NCBI GenBank assembly: GCA_965249275.1
Contig: CBDFLQ010000007.1
Location: forward strand, 640,001-704,000
Source: Dehalococcoidia bacterium
GTDB taxonomy: Bacteria > Chloroflexota > Dehalococcoidia > Plut-88900
DNA length: 64,000 bases
Direction of reading: 5' to 3'
A model generated the notes under the pieces. It searched no databases. It had not been told where the DNA came from and worked only from the letters and a program-made list of their open reading frames with translations. Below, in pieces: positions 1 through 9,638 of the stretch; positions within the stretch are counted from its first letter, which is position 1; every line of letters starts with the position of its first letter. Position numbers and translations under genes: made by a program.

Positions 1-121
1 TCTGAGTTGAGTCCACTGCGGCCATTCTTCCCATCATACCCCACCCCTCACCCCCTTTATCGACCAGTCGAGGCTTCTGTGATATCGTCCGAACACATCA
101 AGCTGCAACCAGGGAGAAGAA

Positions 122-1060
122 ATGAAGTACCGCATCTTGGGGAATACGGGAGTCAAAGTCTCCGTCATCGGCCTAGGGGCCAACAATTTCGGGGGCCGGA
201 ACGATGAGCCTAGCTCTTTCCGGGTCCTCGACCAGGCCCTAGACCTCGGCGTCAACTTCATCGACACCGCCGACTTCTACAACCTCGGCAAATCAGAGCA
301 GGTGATCGGGAAATGGCTCAAAAGTCATAGAGGCCATGTCGTCATTGCCACCAAGTTCGTTATGGCCATGGACGACTACCCCAACAGCAGAGGCGCCTCC
401 CGCTACCACATTTTCAATGCCGTGGAAGACAGCCTCCGACGCCTCAACACCGACCACATAGACCTCTACCAAGTCCACTGGCCCGACCCCGAAACTCCTA
501 TCGAGCAGACCCTCCGTGCCCTGGACGACCTCGTAAAGCAGGGCAAAATCCGCTATTTCGGCTCATCCAACTTCTCCGGACTCCAACTCTCGGAAGCACT
601 GTGGACCTCCCGGTACTTCAACCTGAACAGCCTGGTATCAGAGCAGTGCTACTACAACCTCCTGAAGAGAGGCGTAGAAAGAGAAGTCGTACCTTATGCC
701 GCCGACAACAACCTGAGCATCATCCCATTCTTTCCGTTGGAGTCGGGCCTACTGACGGGCAAGTACCGTCGCAATGAACCTATACCCGAAGGCACCCGCA
801 TGGCCTCCGGGGAGTTCTACCAACGCTCCCTGACCGACGAGAATTTTGAAAAGGTGGACAAGTTGTCCGCGTTCGCACAGGAGCGAGGTCACACAGTAGG
901 AGAGCTGGCACTCGCCTGGCTTTTGGCCAATCCGGCCGTTTGCAGCGTCATCGCCGGGGCCACGAGCCCCGAACAGGTAGTCCAAAACGTGGAGGCCGGC
1001 AATTGGGATCTCTCACCTGACGACCTGAAGGCAATAGACGAGATAGTGCCCCTGTCGTAG
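122..1060 (+). CDS. Aldo/keto reductase
   Basis: GLGANNFG, FIDTADFY, IATK, DLYQVHWPD and GKIRYFGSSN motifs; GGGAGA RBS upstream. Confidence 0.95.
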   Translation: MKYRILGNTGVKVSVIGLGANNFGGRNDEPSSFRVLDQALDLGVNFIDTADFYNLGKSEQVIGKWLKSHRGHVVIATKFVMAMDDYPNSRGASRYHIFNAVEDSLRRLNTDHIDLYQVHWPDPETPIEQTLRALDDLVKQGKIRYFGSSNFSGLQLSEALWTSRYFNLNSLVSEQCYYNLLKRGVEREVVPYAADNNLSIIPFFPLESGLLTGKYRRNEPIPEGTRMASGEFYQRSLTDENFEKVDKLSAFAQERGHTVGELALAWLLANPAVCSVIAGATSPEQVVQNVEAGNWDLSPDDLKAIDEIVPLS

Positions 1061-1071
1061 AACCCCAGGCC

Positions 1072-1212
1072 CTACGACCGCTGCTTGGGAAGCGCCTTCT
1101 CCTTGGCCTTCCGACCGATCTCTTGCAGCAGCGTTTTCAATCCCCGCCCCGACACGCGCATCTTCCGCCGGTTACGACGCTTTTCCTCTCGCCGCTCTTG
1201 CTTGGTGTCCAT
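1072..1212 (-). CDS. Small basic hypothetical protein (46 aa)
   Basis: Translated by hand: MDTKQERREEKRRNRRKMRVSGRGLKTLLQEIGRKAKEKALPKQRS*. ATG is 7 nt after the LLM stop and the ORF fills the gap; it is below the ORF-track size cutoff. Confidence 0.7.
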   Translation of the reverse strand: MDTKQERREEKRRNRRKMRVSGRGLKTLLQEIGRKAKEKALPKQRS

Positions 1213-1219
1213 ACCACGC

Positions 1220-2281
1220 TCACCCGGATGGACTCATAGCCTTTGCCCGTGGCGCATCCTGGAACTGCGGCATCACGTGCTTCGCAAACAGCTCCATCGA
1301 ACGCAGAACTTTGTCCTGGGACATATCCCCCAGCCAGAAGTCGCAATTTAGGTGGTCCAGTTTAAGCTGTTCCTGGAGCCTCGTCAGCTTTTCCGACACC
1401 GTATCCGGCGTCCCGAACAGGAAGTGCCGATCAACTAGCTCCTCAATAGAGGGCTCGTCCTCTATTGGCACGTCCGTCACCCGACCCCTCTCCACCTGCT
1501 CCCGGCCCAGCCGCAGGCTCAGCGAGACCCGCATGTTCCACAGGCCGTGCTCGGCCATCCTCACCGCCTCCTCTTCAGATTCCGTCACGTATATCTTCTG
1601 TTGAATCCCGAACTGCAGTTGACCTTCGCGGCCGTGCCGTTCCACCGCCTCATCGAATTGGTTCCTGCGCTCTTCGATTCTGCCAACCGGAAAAGCCGCT
1701 CCACCCGTGACCACGTTGAACCCCCGCCGCACCGCCCCATTTATCGACTCCAGGCTCTGGCCCACCACCCAAATCGGGGGGTGGGGCTTCTGGTAAGGCT
1801 TGGGCAGGACAGTCGTCTCGGGGAAGTTGAAGTATTCACCCTCAAAGCTGAATGACTCCTCAGTGAAAGCCCTCGTCAGTATCTCTATCGCCTCTTCCCA
1901 GCGGGCCCGGCTGTCTTTCAGGTCGAGACCCATGCGGCCAAACTCGTACTGCTGGTACCCGCGCCCGAGGCCCAGATCGAACCGGCCCTCGCTGAGCAGG
2001 TCTATCGTCGCAGCCTCCTCGGCCACAACCAGCGGGTGGTGCAGGGGAAGCACGACCACCGCCGTCCCGATGCGTATGCGCTTCGTATTAGCTGCCAGGT
2101 GCGTCGCCATGATCAGGGGCCGGGACAGGTAGCCATAGTTGGAGAAGTGGTGCTCCGCCAGCCAAACACCATCGAACCCCATCTCCTCTGCCGCCTGCGC
2201 TATCTCCACACCGCGGCCATATATCTCCGTGTGCGACCTCACAGACGGCGAAGGCATCAACAGAAACGCCCCGAAGTTCAA
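1220..2281 (-). CDS. LLM class flavin-dependent oxidoreductase
   Basis: WLAEHHF, RIRIGTAVVVLPLHHPL and PKPYQKPHPPIW motifs. Start placed at TTG 2281 just after the amidohydrolase stop (uncertain). Confidence 0.92.
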   Translation of the reverse strand: MNFGAFLLMPSPSVRSHTEIYGRGVEIAQAAEEMGFDGVWLAEHHFSNYGYLSRPLIMATHLAANTKRIRIGTAVVVLPLHHPLVVAEEAATIDLLSEGRFDLGLGRGYQQYEFGRMGLDLKDSRARWEEAIEILTRAFTEESFSFEGEYFNFPETTVLPKPYQKPHPPIWVVGQSLESINGAVRRGFNVVTGGAAFPVGRIEERRNQFDEAVERHGREGQLQFGIQQKIYVTESEEEAVRMAEHGLWNMRVSLSLRLGREQVERGRVTDVPIEDEPSIEELVDRHFLFGTPDTVSEKLTRLQEQLKLDHLNCDFWLGDMSQDKVLRSMELFAKHVMPQFQDAPRAKAMSPSG

Positions 2282-2285
2282 TCCA

Positions 2286-3395
2286 CTAACCCCCGTTACC
2301 CCCGAACCCATACAGCGACGCCGCATTCCCGTACACTATCTTCCACTTGTTCTCCTCCGACAGTTCGGCGAACGTCCTCTCGATCACCTCTTGGGAATGT
2401 GGGAACGTACCTTCGTCGTGGGGGTAGTCGCTCCCCCACATCAGCGCCTCCGGCCCGATGAAGTCCAGCATCCGCAGCGCGGCCAGGTCGTCGCTGAACG
2501 TCGTGTGGCCCTGCCGCTTGAAGTACTCGCTCGGCTTCATGTCCAGCTTGGGCTCGATCCACATGTGCTTGCGCTCGTACTGGTCGTCCATCGTGTACAG
2601 CACCCAGGGCAGCCAACCTGCGCCGCACTCCACAATCACCGTGTGCAGGCTCGGGTGACGCGCCAGCACACCTGAGCTTACGAACACCGTGGCCGGAACT
2701 ATCCCCTCGGCCATCGCAGTAACCATGTAGGTCAGGAAACCCCCTTCCTTCTCATCTCCGAGATCTTTCGGCGTATGGTCTTCGCTCCCGGTCACGAAGT
2801 GCAGGCTGATGGGCAGCCCGGTCTCCTCCAGCGCATTCCAGAGTGGTTCGTAGATGGGCAGACTGTACGGCTGGTATTTCAGGTGTATCGGCGCACTGAT
2901 CAGCTTGTAGCCCAACCCCGCCACCCGATGCACCTCTTCCACCGCCGTCTCCACGTCGATCACCGGTACTATCGCCGCCGGTGCAAACCTGTCCGAGTGT
3001 CCGCCAAACAGCTCGATTGCCCAGTCGTTGTATGCCCGTGCAACCCCTATTTGGTATGCGGGGTCCCGTGACCCGAAAAGCGTCAACAACGAGTTCGGAT
3101 ACAGGACCTCCGCCGCTACTCCGTCCCGGTCTTGGTCTTTCACCCTGTACGGGATGTCCGTCCCTCCCGAGGGGTCCTGCCTGAACTCCCGATTCAGATC
3201 GTCTTCGTCTATGTTGGCCTCCGCCAGGTCGAACCGCCTCTTGTTCCGACCCTCCGCCACAAAAAACTGTGCTCCGTCCTCCTCTTCAACAACTCGCGGC
3301 AGTCTCGCCCTGAATTCCTCCGGCACCCGTGTCTCGAACAGTTCCGGTGACTCCTGTACGTGAGAGTCCGCCGATATCGCCTTTAGTCCTGCCAT
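2286..3395 (-). CDS. Amidohydrolase_2 family protein (third gene of tandem triplet)
   Basis: ISADSHVQE and WGSDYPHDEG motifs; 1110 nt. Confidence 0.95.
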   Translation of the reverse strand: MAGLKAISADSHVQESPELFETRVPEEFRARLPRVVEEEDGAQFFVAEGRNKRRFDLAEANIDEDDLNREFRQDPSGGTDIPYRVKDQDRDGVAAEVLYPNSLLTLFGSRDPAYQIGVARAYNDWAIELFGGHSDRFAPAAIVPVIDVETAVEEVHRVAGLGYKLISAPIHLKYQPYSLPIYEPLWNALEETGLPISLHFVTGSEDHTPKDLGDEKEGGFLTYMVTAMAEGIVPATVFVSSGVLARHPSLHTVIVECGAGWLPWVLYTMDDQYERKHMWIEPKLDMKPSEYFKRQGHTTFSDDLAALRMLDFIGPEALMWGSDYPHDEGTFPHSQEVIERTFAELSEENKWKIVYGNAASLYGFGGNGG

Positions 3396-3485
3396 TCTCT
3401 TTCCCCCCAATCGATCCGTTCCTTTGTTACGGGAGCGGTCCTTCTACAATCGATATTACCAAATGAGACGCCTCCACTCCCCTGC

Positions 3486-4595
3486 CTACGCGCCATTCCC
3501 CCCGATCCCGTACAGCGACGCCGCGTTCCCGTACACAATCTTCCTCTTATCCTCCTCCGAGAGCCCTGCGAAGGTCCTCTCTATTACCTCCTGGGAGTGG
3601 GGGAACGTACCTTCGTCGTGGGGATAGTCGCTTCCCCACAGCAACGCCTCCGGCCCGATGAAGTCGATCATCCGCAATGCAGCCAGGTCGTCACTGAATG
3701 TCGCGTGACCCTGCCGCTTGAAGTACTCGCTCGGCTTCATGTCCAGCTTGGGCTCGATCCACATGTGCTTCCGCTCGTACTGGTCGTCCATCGTGTACAG
3801 CACCCAGGGCAGCCACCCCGCCCCGCACTCAACTATTACGGAGTGCAGGCTCGGGTGCCGGGCCAAAACTCCCGAGCTTACGAACACTGTGGCCGGAACT
3901 ATCCCCTCTGCCATCGCCGTGACCATGTAGGTGAGGAAGCCTCCATGCTGCTCCTCTCCGGCCCCCTCCGGTAGGTGGTCCTCACTGCCCGATATGAAGT
4001 GGAGACTTATCGGGAGACCCGTCTCCTCCAGCACGTTCCACAGCGGCTCGTATACCGGCAGGCTGTACGGTTGGTGCTTCAGGTGTATTGGGGCGCTTAT
4101 TAGCTTGTACCCCAGCCCCGCGACCCGCTTCACCTCTTCCACCGCGGTTGGAACGTCGATTACGGGCACCAGGCCTGCGGGCGCAAACCTGTCGGCATGC
4201 CCGCCGAAGAGCTCTATGGCCCAATCGTTATAGGCCCGGGCCACGGCTATCTGGTACTTCGGGTCCGGCGATGCGAACAGTGCGAGCAGCGAGTTCGGGT
4301 ATAGCACCTCCGCCGTCACCCCATCCCGGTCCTGGTCCTTCAATCTGTATGGGATGTCCGTCCCACCAGAGGGGTCCAGCCTGAACTCCCTTTCCATGTC
4401 GTCCTCGTTGATGTTCTCCGCGGCTATGTCGAAACGCCTCTTCTTCCTGCCCTCCACCACTCGATATTTCGCGCCATCCTCTCCTTCCTCCATGTGCGGA
4501 AGTCGGGGCCTGAACTCCTCCGGCACCCGGGTCTCGAACAGCTCCGGAGCCTCCTGCACATGAGAGTCCGCCGATATCGCCTTTAGTCCTGCCAT
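3486..4595 (-). CDS. Amidohydrolase_2 family protein (middle gene of triplet)
   Basis: Same motifs; ATG 4595 with AGGAGA RBS; 1110 nt. Confidence 0.95.
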   Translation of the reverse strand: MAGLKAISADSHVQEAPELFETRVPEEFRPRLPHMEEGEDGAKYRVVEGRKKRRFDIAAENINEDDMEREFRLDPSGGTDIPYRLKDQDRDGVTAEVLYPNSLLALFASPDPKYQIAVARAYNDWAIELFGGHADRFAPAGLVPVIDVPTAVEEVKRVAGLGYKLISAPIHLKHQPYSLPVYEPLWNVLEETGLPISLHFISGSEDHLPEGAGEEQHGGFLTYMVTAMAEGIVPATVFVSSGVLARHPSLHSVIVECGAGWLPWVLYTMDDQYERKHMWIEPKLDMKPSEYFKRQGHATFSDDLAALRMIDFIGPEALLWGSDYPHDEGTFPHSQEVIERTFAGLSEEDKRKIVYGNAASLYGIGGNGA

Positions 4596-4665
4596 GCTCT
4601 TTCTCCTTAAATCAGTCCACTTCCCGGCCAAAGGAGCGACCGTAACTAGCTTAAGCGCCGCTGAC

Positions 4666-5775
4666 CTATGATCCATTCCCCCCGATCCCGTACAGCGACG
4701 CCGAATTCTCGTACACTATCTTCCTCTTGTCCTCCTCCGACAACTCCACGAACGTCCTCTCGATTACTTCTTGGGAATGAGGGAAAGTGCCCTCGTCGTG
4801 GGGGTAGTCGCTGCCCCACAGCAGCGCCTCCGCCCCGATGAAGTCGATCATCCGCAATGCAGTCAGGTCGTCACTGAATGTCGCGTGACCCTGCCTCTTG
4901 AAGTATTCGCTCGGCTTCATGTCCAGCTTGGGTTCGATCCACATGTGCTTCCGCTCGTATTGGTCATCCATTGTGTACAGGACCCAGGGAAGCCAACCCG
5001 CGCCGCACTCCACTATTACGGTGTGCATGCTCGGGTGCCGGGCCAGCACCCCTGAGCTTATAAACACCGCCGCCGGCACTATACCCTCGGCCATCCCGGT
5101 GACCATGTAAGTCAGGAAGCCTCCATTCTGCTCTTCCCCTGCGTTTTCGGGCAGGTGGTCTTGGCTGCCCGTGTGGAAGTGGAGACTTATCGGGAGGCCC
5201 GTCTCCTCCAGCACGTCCCACAGCGGCTCGTATACCGGCAGGCTGTACGGCTGGTATTTCAGGTGAATCGGGGCGCTTATCAGCTTGTACCCCAGCCCCG
5301 CAACCCGCTTCACCTCTTCCACTGCCGTTGGAACGTCGATTACGGGCAGGATGGCCGCGGGTGCAAACCTGTCCGCGTGCCCCCCGAACAGCTCTATAGC
5401 CCAATCGTTATAGGCTCGGGCCACGCCTATCTGGAATTCCGGGTCAGGGGAGGCGAACAGATGAATAAGCGAGTTCGGGTAAATCACCTCCGCCAATACC
5501 CCGTCCCGGTCCTGGTCCCTCAGCCTGTACGGGATGTCCGTCCCGCCCGACGGGTCCTGTCTGAACTCCCGCTCCAGGTCCTCCTCGGTGACGTTCTCTT
5601 CCGCTTTGTCAAAACGCCTCTTACTCCTGCCCTCGATCACTCGATATTTCGCGCCGTCTTCCCCTTCCTCCATCCGTGGCAGTCTCGCCCTGTACTCCTC
5701 GGGGACCCGTTTCTCGAAAAGCTCAGCACCTTCCTGCACGTGAGAGTCCGCCGATATCGCCTTTAGTCCTGCCAC
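4666..5775 (-). CDS. Amidohydrolase_2 family protein (first gene of triplet)
   Basis: Same motifs; GTG 5775 with GAGGAG RBS; 1110 nt. Confidence 0.95.
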   Translation of the reverse strand: MAGLKAISADSHVQEGAELFEKRVPEEYRARLPRMEEGEDGAKYRVIEGRSKRRFDKAEENVTEEDLEREFRQDPSGGTDIPYRLRDQDRDGVLAEVIYPNSLIHLFASPDPEFQIGVARAYNDWAIELFGGHADRFAPAAILPVIDVPTAVEEVKRVAGLGYKLISAPIHLKYQPYSLPVYEPLWDVLEETGLPISLHFHTGSQDHLPENAGEEQNGGFLTYMVTGMAEGIVPAAVFISSGVLARHPSMHTVIVECGAGWLPWVLYTMDDQYERKHMWIEPKLDMKPSEYFKRQGHATFSDDLTALRMIDFIGAEALLWGSDYPHDEGTFPHSQEVIERTFVELSEEDKRKIVYENSASLYGIGGNGS

Positions 5776-5993
5776 GCTCTTTCTCCTCAATAGCTAAACG
5801 CCCTCTAGATGCAGAGGTCTCTTCAATTGTCTATGCCCTGATTATAGACTCAACCACACACTGCGAAACAACCCCGCCGGGACATCCGCCCATCGAAAGA
5901 TCGGGCAGGTGTCCGGGTTGGGCTCCCCGCTTCGTGTAAACTACTCCCCAAGTCCTCGATGGTCACGTAGTTTAAGAATGAGGAGATTGCGTC

Positions 5994-6743
5994 ATGGGTA
6001 GGCTGGAAGGAAAAGTGGCCATCATCACCGGCGCAGCCCATGGCATGGGGGCCGTCGACGCCGAGCTCTTCTCCCGTGAAGGCGCCCGAGTAGTCATCTG
6101 CGACATCCTCGACAAGGAGGGCGCCCAGGTCGAGGCCCGAATAAACGAATCCGGCGGCCAGGCACTCTTCGTCCACATGGACGTCACCCGTGACGACGAT
6201 TGGCAGAGGGCCGTCCAGGCCACCGTCGAACGCTTTGACCGCGTGGACATTCTCGTTAACAATGCCGGGATCTCCAGCACCCCTGCTAGCCACGAGGACA
6301 GCACCGAGGACTGGGACCGGCTCCTCGACATCAATGCCAAGGGAGTTTTCCTGGGCGCGAAGTGGACCGTTCCCGAGATGCGAAAGGCGGGAGGGGGCGC
6401 CATAGTGAACATTTCGTCCATCATGGGATTCGTCGGCCTCGGTGTCGGACACTCAGGTTATGTCGCCTCCAAGGGGGCAGTAAGGCTGCTCACCAAGGAC
6501 CTCGCCCTCAAGCACGGCCCCGACGGCATTCGTGCCAACTCCGTCCACCCGGGCTTCGCGCCGCCCATGATCGGCTCCAAGCGGGGCAAGGGCGAAGACG
6601 CCAGGCGCATCGCCGACACGCCATTGGGCCGCCTTACCGCATACGAAGACGTCGCCAACGCCGTCCTATTCCTGGCCTCCGACGACGCCTCTTTCATAAC
6701 CGGCGCAGAACTGGCCGTAGACGGCGGCTACACCGCCCGCTGA
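5994..6743 (+). CDS. SDR family oxidoreductase
   Basis: TGAAHGMG, NNAG, YVASK and ITGAELAVDGG motifs. Confidence 0.95.
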   Translation: MGRLEGKVAIITGAAHGMGAVDAELFSREGARVVICDILDKEGAQVEARINESGGQALFVHMDVTRDDDWQRAVQATVERFDRVDILVNNAGISSTPASHEDSTEDWDRLLDINAKGVFLGAKWTVPEMRKAGGGAIVNISSIMGFVGLGVGHSGYVASKGAVRLLTKDLALKHGPDGIRANSVHPGFAPPMIGSKRGKGEDARRIADTPLGRLTAYEDVANAVLFLASDDASFITGAELAVDGGYTAR

Positions 6744-6767
6744 TTTCGGCCCCGACCGCGCCGCGCC

Positions 6768-8066
6768 TTAGTGCCCATGCCCGTGTTCGTCAGCATGTTC
6801 ATCAGAATGCTCGTGCCCCGTCCTCACAAATGTCTCCCGCTTCCTCAACCTTACCGTCATCAACAGCGCTGCCGCGGCAATCAGTAGCGCGGCCGCATAG
6901 ACGAATACCCAGTCCATTCCCCAATGTTCATATATCAGCCCTGCAAATATCGGCGAGACCCCTCCCATAGCTATCCGCTCGAAGGAAAGGATCCCGAGGG
7001 CCGACCCCTGGCTCTCGGGGTCTACCATGTCCAATACCGCCGCCGTCAATATCGGCTGGTCGCTGTACAGGAAGAACCCCAGCATCGCGAGCAGCGCAGA
7101 GAAAAGTATCCCTTCTCCGTAGGGCGCCAGAAGGAACGTCAGAGCAGTCATCGCCAGCAATGACGGAATTATCACGATCTTCCGGCCTATGCGGTCCGAT
7201 ATGTAGCCCAGCGTGGGTGTCGCCACTATTCCTATGAAGACCAGCATCCCCATGTGGAACCCGACCCAGAACGTGTTGAATCCCAGTTCGTCTGTCATGT
7301 AGCTGGGCAGAAATGTTACCAGCGGCAGGTAGGCCATTCCCCTCAAACCCGCCACCAGCATCACGACCCACAGTGTGACGTTCTTCAGCAGCAGCCGGGT
7401 CATTTGCAGCTGCTCCCGCAAGCCTCTTTCCCGGTGCTTCTCCACCCCCCGAGACCCGATGTCCCTGAACGCCCAAAACACGATGAATGTGAGCAACAGA
7501 GGCACCACCGCATACACGCTTATGATCCCCCGCCAGCTCATGACCGTCAGGATTGCCCCTGTAGCCAATGGCCCGATAAAGTCGCCGAGGTTGCCGCCTA
7601 TACCGTGGAAGGACAGCGCTGTACCTTTCCGGTGTTGGAAGTGGTGTGATAACGCTCCCATAGCCGGCAGGTGCCATATCGAGCTGGCAACGGAGACGAT
7701 TACCATGCCAACCAGGATCACCGGGTAGATCGGCGACAGCCCAGTCAGTATCCACCCGAGCCCGAATACCAACATGCACAGGCTCAGCACGATGCCCCAA
7801 TAGGGGCGGAGAATGTCCAGGATCACCCCGCTGGGGAGCATCACCAGGCCCCCAGCTATCTCCCTCGTCGCCGTTATCGCCCCGACCTGAACCTTGTTAA
7901 GGCCAAATGTCGCTTCGATTTCCGGCAGCATTACCAGGAAGCTCTGGTTAAACCAGTGGAATATGCCGTGTCCCCCACTCAGGCCCGCCAGGATGAAGCT
8001 AGCCGTCTTTCTGACCGGCGTATCTTTCTCGGCATGGTCGAAGGGAGAACCGTGGTGGTGTGCCAT
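6768..8066 (-). CDS. MFS transporter with His-rich termini
   Basis: About 12 hydrophobic segments; GYISDRIGRK motif A; begins MAHHH and ends GHEHSDEHADEHGHGH. Confidence 0.9.
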   Translation of the reverse strand: MAHHHGSPFDHAEKDTPVRKTASFILAGLSGGHGIFHWFNQSFLVMLPEIEATFGLNKVQVGAITATREIAGGLVMLPSGVILDILRPYWGIVLSLCMLVFGLGWILTGLSPIYPVILVGMVIVSVASSIWHLPAMGALSHHFQHRKGTALSFHGIGGNLGDFIGPLATGAILTVMSWRGIISVYAVVPLLLTFIVFWAFRDIGSRGVEKHRERGLREQLQMTRLLLKNVTLWVVMLVAGLRGMAYLPLVTFLPSYMTDELGFNTFWVGFHMGMLVFIGIVATPTLGYISDRIGRKIVIIPSLLAMTALTFLLAPYGEGILFSALLAMLGFFLYSDQPILTAAVLDMVDPESQGSALGILSFERIAMGGVSPIFAGLIYEHWGMDWVFVYAAALLIAAAALLMTVRLRKRETFVRTGHEHSDEHADEHGHGH

Positions 8067-8374
8067 CCTTAACTCTCCATCAATACTCTAAACCCGTGCT
8101 GCTTGCCAACTTGCCTAGTCCGGCTATCCCGCATACCTTCGCAAATCTCTCGTATCGCCTGCCCACCGCCTTCCGTCCGACATGAGGTTCTACCTGTCAG
8201 TCGAGGCCATGGGTGGGATTATAGATGCAAACGCTTGCTGTTGTTAGTGTTCGCAATATCATCGAATAGGCCGTCGGTTTCGAGCCCCTTTCGCCACGAC
8301 ACCTTATCTTTCGGCGCGCTCAATGCTATTATTTGTGCCCGGACTACCGGTCCGAAGCCCGGAGCACGGGTCCC

Positions 8375-8466
8375 GGAGAGGTGCTGGAGTGGCCGAACAG
8401 GCGCGACTGGAAATCGCGTAGGGGGTGAAAGCTCTCTCGTGGGTTCGAATCCCATCCTCTCCGCCA
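8375..8466 (+). tRNA. tRNA-Ser(GGA)
   Basis: GGAGAGG/CCTCTCC acceptor stem, anticodon arm cgcga-CTGGAAA-tcgcg, long variable arm, GGTTCGAATCC T-arm, encoded CCA. Confidence 0.97.
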
Positions 8467-8520
8467 GTCCCCGTCCCGTTCATTTTGAAGCCAAATTTCC
8501 CTATGCTAGAATGGCCGCGC

Positions 8521-9633
8521 ATGAAAGACCTCAAGTATTGGGTTGCATTCAACAGAATACCCGGCATCGGCAGGGCCCGTTACGCTGCTCTGGAAGCCTA
8601 TTTCGGTTCCCTTGAAGTTGCTTGGACGGCAGGCCCCTCCGCCCTCCGGAAAGCGGGCCTAGACAGCCGGTCCATCACCTCAATCCAGTCCCGCCGCCCT
8701 GCCATCGACCCCGATACGGTCTTGTACGACCTCCTGGCTCGCAACATCGAGCCCCTGACCTGGCACGATCCCCGTTACCCTGACCGGCTCAACCAGATAT
8801 ACGACCGCCCTCCCGTAATCTACGTCCGCGGCGCAATCACCGAACAGGACGATTGGGGCATCGCAGTGGTCGGGTCTCGGCAGCCCACCGCCTACGGGAA
8901 GGAGATGGCCCTCACGTTGTCCACAGAGCTCGCCCGCAACGGAATTACCGTGGTCAGCGGCCTGGCCCGTGGCATAGACTCCGTAGCTCACCGTGCCGTC
9001 CTTGATGCCGGAGGCCGAACACTGGCTATCCAGGCCTGCGGCCTTGACACGGTCTACCCTCCCGAGCACCAGCGCCTCGCCGACGAAATCGCCGAGTCCG
9101 GCGCGGTCATCAGTGACTACCCCCTCGACACCCGGCCCCGCCCCGATTTCTTCCCCAGACGAAACCGAATCATGAGCGGCCTCACCCTCGGCACCCTAGT
9201 TGTAGAGGCAGATGAAAAGAGCGGCGCGCTCATAACCGCCGGCTACGCCCTGGAGCACAACCGGGAGGTCTTCGCCGTGCCCGGCAATGTCACTTCACCC
9301 AAGAGCCGGGGCGCCAACCGCCTGCTACAGGAAGGGGCCAAACTGGTCACGCGCATAGAGGATGTCCTCGAAGAGCTAAACCTCAAACTCGTGCCCGAGC
9401 AGCTAGTAATGCAAGAGTTGCTTGAAGTCTCCGCCCCGGAGGCCGACCTCATCAAGCTCTTGTCCCGGGAACCCATCCACATCGACGAAGTCACCCGCCA
9501 GTGTAACTTGCCCGTATCGACGGTGAGCAGCACTCTGGCTATGATGGAACTGAAAGGAATAGTCAAGCAGGTCGGCGCAATGAGCTATATTAAGATTCGC
9601 GAGGTCCGACCTGCCTATCCTGCCCAAGTGTAA
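8521..9633 (+). CDS. dprA: DNA-processing protein DprA
   Basis: AVVGSR, VSGLARGID, FPRRNRIMSGL, SGALITA motifs and C-terminal winged helix; start at MKDLKYW. Confidence 0.95.
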   Translation: MKDLKYWVAFNRIPGIGRARYAALEAYFGSLEVAWTAGPSALRKAGLDSRSITSIQSRRPAIDPDTVLYDLLARNIEPLTWHDPRYPDRLNQIYDRPPVIYVRGAITEQDDWGIAVVGSRQPTAYGKEMALTLSTELARNGITVVSGLARGIDSVAHRAVLDAGGRTLAIQACGLDTVYPPEHQRLADEIAESGAVISDYPLDTRPRPDFFPRRNRIMSGLTLGTLVVEADEKSGALITAGYALEHNREVFAVPGNVTSPKSRGANRLLQEGAKLVTRIEDVLEELNLKLVPEQLVMQELLEVSAPEADLIKLLSREPIHIDEVTRQCNLPVSTVSSTLAMMELKGIVKQVGAMSYIKIREVRPAYPAQV

Positions 9634-9638
9634 CCCTT

